Assembly: GCA_051362555.1 (NCBI GenBank)
Contig: CM120648.1
Span: forward strand, 10,784,587-10,848,586
Reading direction: 5' to 3'
From: Lingula anatina
Taxonomy: Eukaryota; Animalia; Brachiopoda
Length of the DNA: 64,000 bases
Made by a program: the position numbers and the translations under genes. The notes below the pieces were generated by a model, which was given only the letters and a program-made list of their open reading frames with translations, was not told where the DNA came from and did no database searches. Every line of letters starts with the position of its first letter. Within the stretch, counting starts at the first letter, position 1. This document shows, one piece after another, positions 52,431-63,923 of the stretch.

Positions 52431-55400
52431 ATCTTATACATGAAACATTTCAGTCCTACTTGAAGTACTTACACTAGATGTGGGCCATGAAAGTATAGGT
52501 TTGAACTCTTGTCGGCCTTGCAGTGGGTATGTAAATACAGTTGAAATGGCATTATATAAATTCTAATAGATTTGCTCACTGGAAAGATTAGATAAAGGTT
52601 AGAACAAGGCATAAAATGTCCAGTATGTAGAAGAAGTCTCACTTTTTGCAATGTATGTTACTACTGTTGTTTTGCCTATAATCAGATAACTTTGTGGAGT
52701 ATTCAGGCTTTTAAGTTCCTATTTTGCTGCCTTAAGATATAACTCTTAACATAATTTTTCATTGACCCTGTTTATTTCCAATATACCTATTAACTTACTA
52801 ACAGAGTTCGTACTGTACCTGGAAACCTGGAATAATCATGGATATTTATTTTGAAATTTCCAGGCCCTGGAAAACCTGGAGAAATAGGTGTTTTTTAAAA
52901 AATGTAAAATTACATCTGGAAAACACCTTAAATTTGATAATTTTTCACAACCCCTATCGTTATACTAGTTCATGCACGGTTTATTTATAATTTTGGTTTT
53001 CACCAATGACCGCTAGATGTCTCATGTATGATCGGCATGTTTCGGAAATAGTCAAACTACAAATTTATTTGAATAATTAAAATGTTTTAGAGAAAATTTT
53101 GTGTTTTCTTTTAGGCTTTATAAAATATGACTGTATTATGATCTCAAACTAATATTCCCTTTCATGAAATATAATTTACAGCCTCAAATATTAGAAAGTT
53201 TTTACACCTGGAAATTTAAAAATAATCCTGGAAAAGTCCTGGAAAAATCCTGAAATTTTGTTGAACGTTTTGAGTACAAACCCTGTACTAAAATACATCA
53301 AAGAAACCCACTTTATTTGCCTTACCTGTAAAATATTGGTATGAAAAGCCAAAATTAATAATTTCTAAAATTAATTAGGATATATCTCCATGAGTGGAAG
53401 ATCCACATGCAAGCATAAACAGTTTTTGCTATTAATATTTAACATGAGGCTTGTCTTGTTCTTTCAGGGTGCCAGTGACACAAGTGGTGCCCCCTACAAC
53501 TAAGCCAGTGACAAGTTCAGTACCTTTGCCAACCAACTCCAGTGATGTCACAGACCACACAGGAATTGCAGCTGCTTCCACACCTAAAGAAAAGACGAAC
53601 TATTCAGTAGTCATTGGTGTTCTTGTCGCAGTAGTAGGCGCAGTGGTGATAATAGCTGTGATAATAGGTAGTTGTTGTTTGTGAGTTTTAAAAGGCCAGT
53701 TTTAAATCAAAATGGACCAACATATTCATTGTTAGTCCAGGCTATCTCACCTAGTCATTTGAAGCTGGTCCCTGGGCTAAACCAGAAAATTTTTAAGATT
53801 CAAATTTGAGTCATCTTAGGGGCCATTCAGAAAAGAAGATGTGAGTATCAGCTGGTCCAAGGATCAAATATGGCTGATCGTATATGAAAGGAAGACTGCT
53901 TTATCCTGTAATGGTCTCTTGGCCTCTCACTCCCCTCCCCACACATTGTCCCTGCAGGGGCACAGTAATTCAATCTCTGCTCCATTCAACCAGACTAAAA
54001 AGAATTATTGATTGATAAGTTATTATTTGTTGTCAAAAATCAGTATTTTTTAGATTGTTGGAGACCCAAGGAACATATTTTTAGATGCATTTTACTGTCC
54101 TATGAGCTGTAATGTGTAGAGATATGAAATTGTATATGAGATACTTATTAAAATATATTTTATTTTCAGTTATATGGAAAAGATCAGGAAACTCATGCCA
54201 TGTCACAATGTGTAATTGTGTTAAAGGTAAAAACCACAGTGGACAACTTTTATTTATATAGTTTAAAAGAATGCTTTACATTGAAAACCACTGTTGTATA
54301 TACAGTGCTTTATTTAGTTTTTAATCTTGAAATTGCATAACATATTATTTACTTAAGATTTACAGACATGCTGAAATTGTCGGTCTGAACAGTCATGTCA
54401 GGGAAAATTTGTCTGGACCAGTGAAAAATTGGACTTGGTCGGTCCAAAGGACCAACAAGAGTTTTAAGAATTGCAATTTCGAATATACAGTCATCATTCA
54501 ACATACTTCACTAATCAAATTATTTAAAACACAAAGTGTTTCTTCCCTTCCATTTCAAACCTATCACATTCACAAACAAAGTAAGCTACCTATTCATACT
54601 GGTATTATCTGTCTCAAACAGATAGGGTGATTTTCGCTCCAACAAAAATCTATTTGGTCCGGCCATTCTGAAAAGTTTTTAGCATGTCTGGATTTAAATG
54701 AATTGTAAAGATCAAAATACTGCTTTTATGGTACAATAAAGAATCATTTGTTTCTCTTTCAGGAAACATTCAAAATAGCCATCAGTATGATCCTGTTAGT
54801 CGGTCCTCATCCGGGAATTACCAAAATGGCCACACCAGTGGCTTGGATAGGGAAATGTCTTTAATGGCTAACAGTGACCCAGAGAATGAAAGCAGTCTTA
54901 CTGTAGTGAACGGTAAATAATCTTGCTAGATTTGGATTCATTAGCATTAAGTTTTCAAAATTGAGTAGACTGAATAACTGACTGACTGGATCCTTTTGAT
55001 GTTTGTATTGTATGTGTCATCAATTAAAAATTCCAACAGTTGTAAGTGTTAGTCTTAAAGGTAACAAAAGCTCAATTTTATAGAAATTTCGGGTCTTTTT
55101 TTTAATGCCACCTCCATTGTTCCTTAAATTATGATCCTTATAGATGCATACAAAGTCAATTTTTTGTCACAAAAACCAACCAAATGCCAGCATATAGTTT
55201 CAAGTAGTATAACTAAGAGAATTGCCAAAAGGCATTGTTTAATTTTACCCGAAAATGATGTTTGAACGGATTTTTCTGCTGGCATTCTAAGCTGTATGTC
55301 AATGGGGCAGGAAAGTAGGTCACGAAAGTAGGTTAAATTTACAACCAAAAATTTAAAGAATGGAGCAGTCTAAAGGTCTTTTATGGCTGATCGAGTGATC

Positions 55401-58238
55401 TATTCAGTTTACCCCTTGGCATGTCGAATTTATTTGAGTCATATAAGAATCTAGTAGAAGTGGTTTACATGTGTTACTGGGAATCCACGCTCGGTTCGTA
55501 TGTACCTTTAAACCAGTTTTTGACTTCCTTATTTCTTGTTTCTGGTCTTCAGAGAATGGCCAAAATGACCATGTCAATAGTTTGCCAAGGGAAGAGCAGT
55601 TACAGAATGGTGCTGTGGAAAGAGAGGGTGGTCAAATGCAAGGTATTGATTGATCGGGCCAATATTTTAGAAGTTATTCTCACTTTTCATCTTATATGCA
55701 ACACTGTAAACACATTTCAAGGAAAACCAATAGGCTTATTGACATGAAACTCACAGGAGTGCTTAATTTTACTAAAATACAGGTAGAGTTAAAAAATAAG
55801 CTTAATTGGTTCAGTTTTGATGCAGTTATTCCTTGTTTTGTTTATAAGTGCTTTTACCTCAGATTCAATTCTTAGGCATGTTTACAGTCTCATTATTCAA
55901 CTAATTAGATAGGTATAACTGTTCTTTTGACAAATTTTTCATCTTTACAGTATTGTTAGTTGATTACATAACAATGGTGTTAAACCTCTATTAATCTATT
56001 GTATAATTAAGTGTCAAAAGTGGATAAAAAACAAATCATTGCAGTCTGCCAGATTTAATCATTTACTATATGTTCAGAATCTCAGAATGGAGCAAATTGA
56101 ACATTTAACATGGTTCTATTGATATTTTCTACATCTCAACAATTTTCTTAGTTGATCATAAAAAATTACAGTAAATTAATTGTTTTATGTAAAAAAAAGT
56201 GTTAAAATGGAAATAAACCCATTTCAGTACAGTTCTGTCTTGTTTACATTTTGGCAATTTATGGTTACACATTTTACTTACATCTGTAATACCTGTTGAG
56301 CTTAATTAAAATTTGATGTTGAATTTGCAGTTAAGCATAATTGTGTTAAGCATAATGTTAAGCATAATGTACTCTTGCATCAGCATTGACAGTAGCATAT
56401 TTTGTGCATTATTATTTTCTGCTTTTTGTCTGTACATTTGACAGCTTTTTTTAATGCCACCTCAAAAATTGTTCCTAAAATTATAATCCTTAAGCCAGTT
56501 TTTGACTTCCTTATTTCTTGTTTCTGGTCTTCAGAGAATGGCCAAAATGGCCATGTCAGTGGTTTGCCAAGGGGAGAGCAGTTACAGAATCGCGCTGTGG
56601 CAAGAGAGGGTGGTCAAATGCAAGGTATTGATTCTTGGCCTAAGTTTGAAAATCGGCCAATACTGTAATGGCCGAATCATTTCAAATGGGAAAATTATCA
56701 ATATTTCAGATACATAAATTTAGAATCATCAAAAAATACTTTCTTGTGTATCATTTTGGTGCTTTCACTTTTAAGAAAAGAAGTATTAGGTAGTCTGCTT
56801 TTTACTTAAAATATATAGTGTTATAGGGGGTACTAGATAAATTCACAATTTTCCTGGTTGAAATGATGTAGCCTTTACCATATTCATTGGATAAAACTGA
56901 GCAGACTTTTTAGGTTGAGGTATTTTGTCTTTTGTGACACCCAAAAAAAATAAATTTAGTAGTTTTATTTTATGGCAATCCTGGACTTGTTATAATTATG
57001 ATGTCTGCCGTGTACATATAGTAACTTTTAACAAGGTGGGCTGAAAGACAAAATATTTCACTTATACCAGTCTAGTAAAGCTACTTAAGTTATTTAATAA
57101 GCTCTCAAAAAGTATGTCAAAGACCAATACATGTGTTTTATGTATTAACAATAAAAATTTCACTTATGCTATGATCATAACCAATTTTGGAGTCAACATA
57201 TTTTATTTTTCTAACAAGTCGTTATTTACAATTTCTGTAATTGAAAAAGCAAAAAAAAAAAAAGAAAAAAAGATAAACAGCCATGTTTCCCAACCTTTTT
57301 CACATACATGTAGAAGATTATTTTGCTTCAATAGTTTATAATAAACTTTTTTTCTGTCAGGTGATGATAATCCAGTCCCCCCAGTTCGTTACAAATACGA
57401 CCTCTTTCTGGTGCATAGTAGTGAAGATGAGGAGGAGGTTCTCGAGTTAGCAGAACGCCTGGAAGAAGAACATGGCATAAAATGCTGCTATGCTGACAGA
57501 GATTTTCAACTTGGGAAGCGTGTCATGAACAATGTGGAAGATCTTTTCAAGGAGTGTAGACACATAGCACTTTGTTTGACTAGAAATTATTTGGCTAGTA
57601 GTTGGTGCCAGCATGAGCAGAGCATGGCACTGGGTAAAGCCACAGAGAATGGCGGTCAGGGGATGATCCCGCTGCTCTTCAGTGGCTTTCCCGAGTCTGA
57701 TGTTCCACCAACCCTGAGAGCTTACTCGTACTTCAAACTGACTTCTGATCCACAGTCTTTAGCACAGCTTGCCAGACATATTAAAGGTAATAACAAAGAA
57801 AAAAGTGTCTGCTTCGGAGGGAATTTATAGATGATAACCACTTAAGAGAAAATATTCACCAGTTATTATCCCCAGGGCTGCTGAGGGTCTATAACTGGAG
57901 GGTTAATATATGCATAAGGGCATAGTGTTTTTCACCCTGTCTCTTAGGAGTTTATCCCACCTCACTCAAACTTTGCTACATTTTCTAGAAATTCTTAAAT
58001 TATACGGTGGCTGGGATGTGCTGTATTTTAAAATTTTTAAAATGTTTATTCGCCAAAAAAAAAAAAAAAAGAATTAGTGCCCAGTCTCACACTAACCGAA
58101 TTTTTCTGGTAATGAAGAAAAAATTGTAAATCTAATTCTGCAAATAACATATTGCATTAATGGATGTCAATTCTGCAAGTAGGTAAATCTTGCAGTATTT
58201 GAATTTTTTATTCAGAGTGCTTTTATTTTTCAGGCTGA
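42453..58238 (+). CDS. Type I receptor with TNFR-type cysteine-rich ectodomain and cytoplasmic TIR domain (~470 aa)
   Basis: Exons: 42453-42470 (MLDIYK); 45005-45065 (KIAIILSCLAYLQGIKTCDP, signal peptide); 45739-45896 (CKECPPDYF...CIAWTKCNGDG...EGTSQE); 51208-51370/4 (DRRCWC..., 7 Cys); 53468/76-53667 (Pro/Thr/Ser stalk and TM); 54170-54226; 54763-54912; 55553-55642; 56535-56624; 57361-57786 (TIR: YDLFLVHSSED, CYADRDFQLG, YLASSWCQHE, IPLLF); 58234-58238 (stop). All junctions are frame-consistent except exon 4/5, which has two in-frame solutions. Confidence 0.82.
42549..44400. mobile_element. Helentron-like element with terminal hairpin and ~145-bp tandem array (about 7 units, 43320-44335)
   Basis: Hairpin agtaccaccagcg-tgta-cgctggcggtact at the start; units begin near 43329, 43474, 43620, 43765, 43909, 44054, 44196. 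Confidence 0.7.
45126..45293 (+). mobile_element. MITE family 3 copy with 5-bp TSD
   Basis: AATAT|CAGGGG...CCCCTG|AATAT. Confidence 0.85.
45939..46155. mobile_element. MITE family 4 (agaccccatttcc.../...ggaaatggggtct), second copy at ~41945-42160
   Basis: Two close copies with internal inverted repeat tagatcgatcta; degenerate relatives near 44800-44970 and 58680-58935. Confidence 0.7.
46270..46410 (-). mobile_element. RTE-like LINE fragment
   Basis: Minus strand translates TIRKGQTKSLGHII, resembling the RTE reverse-transcriptase C-terminal region. Confidence 0.45.
47380..49550. mobile_element. Second Helentron/HINE-like copy with ~160-bp tandem units
   Basis: Same head (gccatcacctgcgtctgtcgtcgcc); units at 47560, 47718, 47878; long collinear match to ~38880-40030. 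Confidence 0.65.
51690..51810 (+). mobile_element. LINE (L2/Rex-like) reverse-transcriptase fragment
   Basis: Translates EFVESFKLLGVYISNDL, matching the common xKxLGVxI motif. Confidence 0.55.
51892..52168. mobile_element. Fold-back MITE with ~75-bp inverted arms
   Basis: ggtctagtaagg...atatggcagacctacatgaaaggaagac versus gtcttcctttcatgtaggtctgccatat...ccttactagacc; partial relative at ~53818-53995. Confidence 0.8.
52802..53285. mobile_element. CAG...CTG MITE with 6-bp TSD
   Basis: TACTAA|CAGAGTTCGTAC...GTACAAACCCTG|TACTAA; internal cctggaaa repeats. Confidence 0.7.
54363..54690. mobile_element. CAG...CTG MITE with 6-bp TSD
   Basis: GATTTA|CAGACATGCT...AGCATGTCTG|GATTTA. Confidence 0.75.
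55142..55507. mobile_element. TTAA-flanked MITE family 2, copy 2 (inverted relative to 10757-11133)
   Basis: Reverse-complement match to 10757-11133; empty site visible in the duplicated segment at ~56490. Confidence 0.85.
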
Positions 58239-59582
58239 GGGGAACAGAGGTCAAGGACTTTGGAAGCTCAAGGTCATCCTGTCATCGGTCACTCTCACTA
58301 GATGATTGCTAGTATCAGTCTTCTGGAGGGAGGATGACCATCTGATAAAACAGAGATTTGTGGTTATTTATTTAGTTAAGCTGTTGTCCCACAGTTCACA
58401 GTGCAGCTGTTTTTCGGCAGTTTTAGATGCAGCTGTTGTCCAAGTGATGCTCTTGGGGCGCAGTTCACAGGGCAATTGTTCAACAATAAAAATTGCCCTT
58501 TTTTTTTGGCATGATAAAGATTGCAATTCTCAACAGACCTTAGTGCAATTTGAACTGTTATAAAACACATCTGAAATGACGTAAAATTGCCAGGCAGTTG
58601 AGGTTTGCATGGTCCTGGAATGCAGTCCCTTTCATACAGTATGTTGGGGGGAAATGGTGGACCTTTATATTATATTTTAGGGTGCATTCCCATTTACACC
58701 ATTGCTCTACATAGGTCAACCCGCTTTTGCAGGGAGTCTCACTGAGTGCAATTAGCTTAACAGATTTCCACTTCGCCTCCTTGCTTTAGTAAATCACAGA
58801 GAAGCTGGTGATTGTACAAGTATGTTGGAAACAGAAAGAGGTGTGTCATTCAATTAAGCTGATTGCACTCAGCGAGAGTCCCTGCAGATTTAGTTCAATC
58901 CATGTAGACCGTTGGTGTCTATTGGAATGGGGTCCTACACCTTCAATATGACAAATCTGTCATGGAAATATGTTTATGTCAGTGAGATGTTTTGCAATTA
59001 AGGTTTTGATAATTATCCATGTTATAGTGGATTATGTGTAGAAGTATTTTAATACTTATATTTAATACTAATATTTAAAAATGTGTACAAACAAGGAAGA
59101 TGCAACTTCAGTTCTAAGAGTCAGGTAGCAGAGTTACAAAAAAAAATTTTTTTTATTTCACAACTCAATTCATTTTGGGATTTATGTAAGTTTAATATTC
59201 TCATCTGTAATGAATTCTTATAAGCTGTTGACAGAGCTTGAATTTATTGATTTAACGCAATGTGCATCAAAGAATTGCATTTATTTAATCATTAATGTTG
59301 AGTCAGAGTATTCTTTTTAAAAGTACCTGCTTTTTCTGTGATCAGTGCATTTTTTCAACTGCATGACCATTGTTAAGATTCTGAAGTATTCCACACCAAG
59401 GTCCGCTGTATATAATGAAGATTTATCTTTGTTTGTGTGCTATCAAGCTTTTTTTTTCTTCAACTGGTGATATTTATTGAAAATGCAAAATGTGGTTGCC
59501 CTTTTCTTTTCATATTGGACTAAGCTATAAATCCTATGTTATGTCTGTTCCTGGTCCTGTCACTATTTAATAACAACACTTG

Positions 59583-59652
<70 letters not shown>

Positions 59653-60028
59653 TTTTTGGGGGGGGGGGTAGAAAGCTATTAATAAAACTTTATAAAATGT
59701 TACCTGCACTACTTTTGGGTAAAATGATGTTTCTGAAATATACTTCCTAAGTTTGAATAATTCTGCTAAAAGCTGCAGTGTATCCTTTCTTCCATTGTGT
59801 AGTGTTCAGAATAGTGTAATTTGACCTTCATCTGTTTATGTTGTTTCTTTAGCTATATTTGAAGTGTGCAGCATAACCGTTGCATACAAAGAAATACATA
59901 TAGTTTAGAGTGAGAAAGACGGAGGAAGAGAATCCATGTTGCTCATTTTGAAAAGTGATAATGGGGGAAAGACGGGGGGGTGCAGGCCACTCATCCATTT
60001 TTAGATCTGTCCATTCTTACACAGCTAC

Positions 60029-60308
60029 CACTAGTGGGCTAGATTTGGTCTTAAAGTGCAATTTAAGTTCTCTAGTGATCTTACACCATTTTAAACATTA
60101 CAGCAGTAGTCTTAAAATGAACTGAATCTGCTCTTAAGATCAAAAATGATCTAACATCTACTTAAGTGGTTAAGAAGTTTCCTCCCCTCACAATAGGGGA
60201 TACCTCCTATCACAATGGAGGACATCTCTGCTCACAAAAGGAGAATGTGTAAAGGAAGACGACTCAATTGGCTGTTAGTCCAAAAATGGTCTTACTCGTG
60301 GTTTAAGA
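60029..60308. mobile_element. Inverted-repeat element downstream of the receptor gene
   Basis: cactagtgggctagatttggtcttaaagtgcaatttaag versus cttaaattgcactttaagaccaaatcaagcctactagtg. Confidence 0.7.
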
Positions 60309-63300
60309 TCATGTAAGACTATTTCAGATCTTAAATTGCACTTTAAGACCAAATCAAGCCTACTAGTGTTCTCACTTAAACTTGCAGATGCTTTTGGCAA
60401 GCTTTGTTTTAAGTGGTCCTTAACATTATTCTCCACATTTCGCCTTAAGCTAAAACAGTAGGCGTTTCTTTTCCATGGTCTCTTTATTCTGATGGAAATT
60501 CATCTGTGTAGTCGTAGAATATGATTCAGGTATAACTCTATTTTTAGTGTAGAAATTGAAAAGTTTAATACTTGAATCATGTATTTTAACATTATATGTT
60601 ATAAGTCTTATTATAATATGGCCAGCTTATAATGGTTGGGTAAGAATGGACACATAGGTGCATGCAGTAATTATAGGATGAATTATACACCAGTAATGTG
60701 ATATTTTTTGTCAGCCTTTTAAAGGCCGTGTGTGCGATTTTAAGTTTTGATTTTTAAAGCTCTGTAAACAGGCTGATAAAATGTTTCATGTTTGTCAATT
60801 GCAGAAGGCTTCATTATAAGGACTCATACACATATTTTTGTCATTTGCTATAGTCTGGAAGGTGATACATGTCTCAGAAGTTTTCCAAGTTAGAGATATA
60901 ATTAAGGAATTGGGTGTATCCTGATTCTTTGATTCTATTTTTAGAATGTACAGGACGTCAAATAATAAAGGGCATCATCACGATGTCAAATGAAGAAAGA
61001 TGGATATTATGTTTTTCAACCAAGTTATCTAATACAATGTTTATGTCACAATGGCTTTTAACTCTTTATCCCTACATTGTCGCAAACAAGTCGTGTTAGA
61101 AAACTGAATATTTGTGACCACAAAATCAATGGCCTTTTACCGAAATTGTTAACTATTTTACAGGAAAATGAATGCCCATACAAAGGTTGAAAATAAAATT
61201 GAGATGATAAGAGACCTGCTCTAAAAAGAATTTTTGATTTCATTTACATTTTTTACTTTTATTAATTTTTTTATTTTTAATGCAATACTTAAAAGTTAAT
61301 TTGTATGCCCTTTAACTCGATCTCTTGAAACGGAATCAAATTTAATATTAGGCTGAAAATAAATGCTCCGATCATTATTATGAGGTTAGGCCATTCTATG
61401 CTGGCGTTTTGTGATACCTGACATGTTTCTAAGTATATTCGCTATATATAGTACCTGTCATCCCTATTGTTAACACAACTGGAAAGAAATGCGTCGTTTA
61501 CCAAAGCAGCAAAAGATATTGAAAGAGCTAACAAAGCGGTTGAGTCGCGTATGCCCAATCACTGCTGGGGCCATGACCCGACAACTGTTTGTAAAAAACC
61601 TCTGTGGAGTCAGGTTGAAGAAGGTTGAATATGATTTGAATACTGATTTGAATGAAAATGATTGGAATTGAATTGTGGGATAGATGACGCGTCAATTATA
61701 GCAGGAATTTCCCAGCTGAAAGATTGCGACACTTACCCTCTTGATAGACATCGCCGTGAACGACCGACAAGCCAGACAAGGCAGTAATTACCTCCTGGAC
61801 AGTGCTCTGACAAGGTGAGTGTTTTGGTGTAAATTTCTCAGTTTCTCTTTGAATTGCGACATGATTTCTCCCAGGGGCGAAACCAGGCATATTCACGGAT
61901 ACAGTGAGCGTACAATTTTTTGTACCAACCATGATATTATTCTCCATAAATTAAGTGTATTTTTTACGGTATTTAATTGAAAATCCTCTTCGTTTGAAGG
62001 TTTAAGAAACCTGTATGTATAAACCCGCTGTATTTATTTTACATGCGAAGTTGAAACGACACACTTTTTTGCTTAGTTTAATAATTATGAATTTTCTATG
62101 GCGTTAGGGAGTCATCTGTACAACCTCGGACAGGCTGTGCTCGGACGGAATTGTTTTGACACCCTGTCTCATTTGCTTTAACAATAATAGTTACTTTTTA
62201 AAGTCCTATCTTATTAAGGTCGCGCGACAAGGTTATTTTCAGTTGCACCCTGGATTACGCACGCTTGCTCCGCAAGGTGTCGCCTGTGGTGGGGGGGCAG
62301 CACAGCCCATATGGTTACTGTGGCGAAGGTGACAGGTACTTCCAAACATTTTTTCATAACTGTCATTTTTCCTCATTCTATTCATGAATTTGATATTTAC
62401 GGCAATTGAAAATGTGTCAACGGCAAAAGTGAATCTTGGTGCGTTGACAGGCCGCACAGGTGTCCCTAATTAACCGCCACCAAAGAAGAGACCCCAAGCA
62501 TTAAACAACACAACCTGTAGATATTGGAAATTTGGCGAAAGTTAAGCAACTGAGGCTTTATTAGATTTGGGCAGAAATCGAGAGGAATGTCCAGTGACAT
62601 GCCAAACCCCAAAGTTCAAGTCTTGGCCCTTGACACCAGTAACGCACCCCTTAGTCAAGAATCTGAACAAATCGATGTTGGACAGGTATGCTCTATTTTC
62701 TACAGGCGTTTTGTGATTTTATCAACTTGATTGCCAAGTGCCAGACCTTTTCTTCCCAGGTACTAGTAGCAAACTTTATCAGATAACAATCTGACACTAG
62801 CCAAGCTGCACTAAAAGCGCTGTAAACTCAGTTATCAATGCTGTCATCTTTACCTGTATCTTTACCGCTATTATGCCAGTGGTACGTTTGATACATTTGA
62901 GTAAGGAAATATGCTTTAATGCTTATGAAGTTATGTTCATTTGTAATACGTTAGCATCAACCTGTTAATAAAAACTTGGAAACTTTCAATGTTATTACAC
63001 AATAACAGTATAATGATGGGAGATGTTATGATTAAATGCTTAGAAGAATAATAAAAACAAATTATGTGAAATATAAAATGAATTGATTTTATTTGGGTTA
63101 TTTATTTATTTATTTCAAACCAATTAATTATCAAACATGAAGCTTATTTTTAGAAACATTCGCAGATATATGAAATATAACCCTGCTGGTACACAGATCT
63201 ACAGTTCTAAAATGCAAATACCAAGTACCTTTCACACACCACTGATGAGATGTGAATAATCATATGTATAAAGTAGTAAAAATATCACAAAATGTGTGTA

Positions 63301-63850
63301 AGCAAGATATTTCTGCAAGTAACCTCATTAATCAGTCAGGAAACTTCATAATGCACCCAATAAATGTAGAAATTTGAGCCAGAGAAATTCTAAATACAGG
63401 CATGACAGATTTACCATATATTGCCACCAACCCTTAACTGAATGGGCATTGAAAGAACAAAGTGAGTCTCCCTCCCATTAAAAATGAAAAATAAAAATAA
63501 ACAAATAAAAAACAGATACTGTCATTCTTAATACTGAAAAACAATGGCACCTTGCAGCCTTCACTGCCTCACTATTTGCAGACAATGTTCTAGTCACTGT
63601 AACTGCGTACTTTTGAGGCATAGATGCAAGAATAACTTCTTTGAAGTATATTGTGAAGGTCTCTTTTGTCATAAATCTGCCATGTTTAACCTGAATGTAC
63701 AACGATTCACACCGCAGCAGCTTGTCTTAGTAAGGACTCAACCAGTTTGAAAACTTGTGGCATAGCTTCAGGGACAAGATCACACCATCTATCCTTGCTG
63801 TGATGATGGATCTACTAGTACATTATCTATGTCTTGTCCTCCTAGTTTCT

Positions 63851-63923
63851 CTAATACCATTTCCCCTGATCTATGCTCACATCAATCTCTACAGCTTTAC
63901 CAACTGCTACACAGTTTTTACAT
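63851..63923 (-). CDS. Possible terminal coding exon of a minus-strand gene entering from beyond the window
   Basis: Minus-strand acceptor tttatactttcag, then CKNCVAVGKAVEIDVSIDQGKWY*; protein not recognised. Confidence 0.35.

Noticed and set aside
57411-57830. Stand-alone TIR-only gene as suggested by the ORF track
   Set aside because: The ORF starts at GTG inside box 1; the frame extends upstream to an acceptor at 57360, and a donor at 57786 links to a terminal exon.
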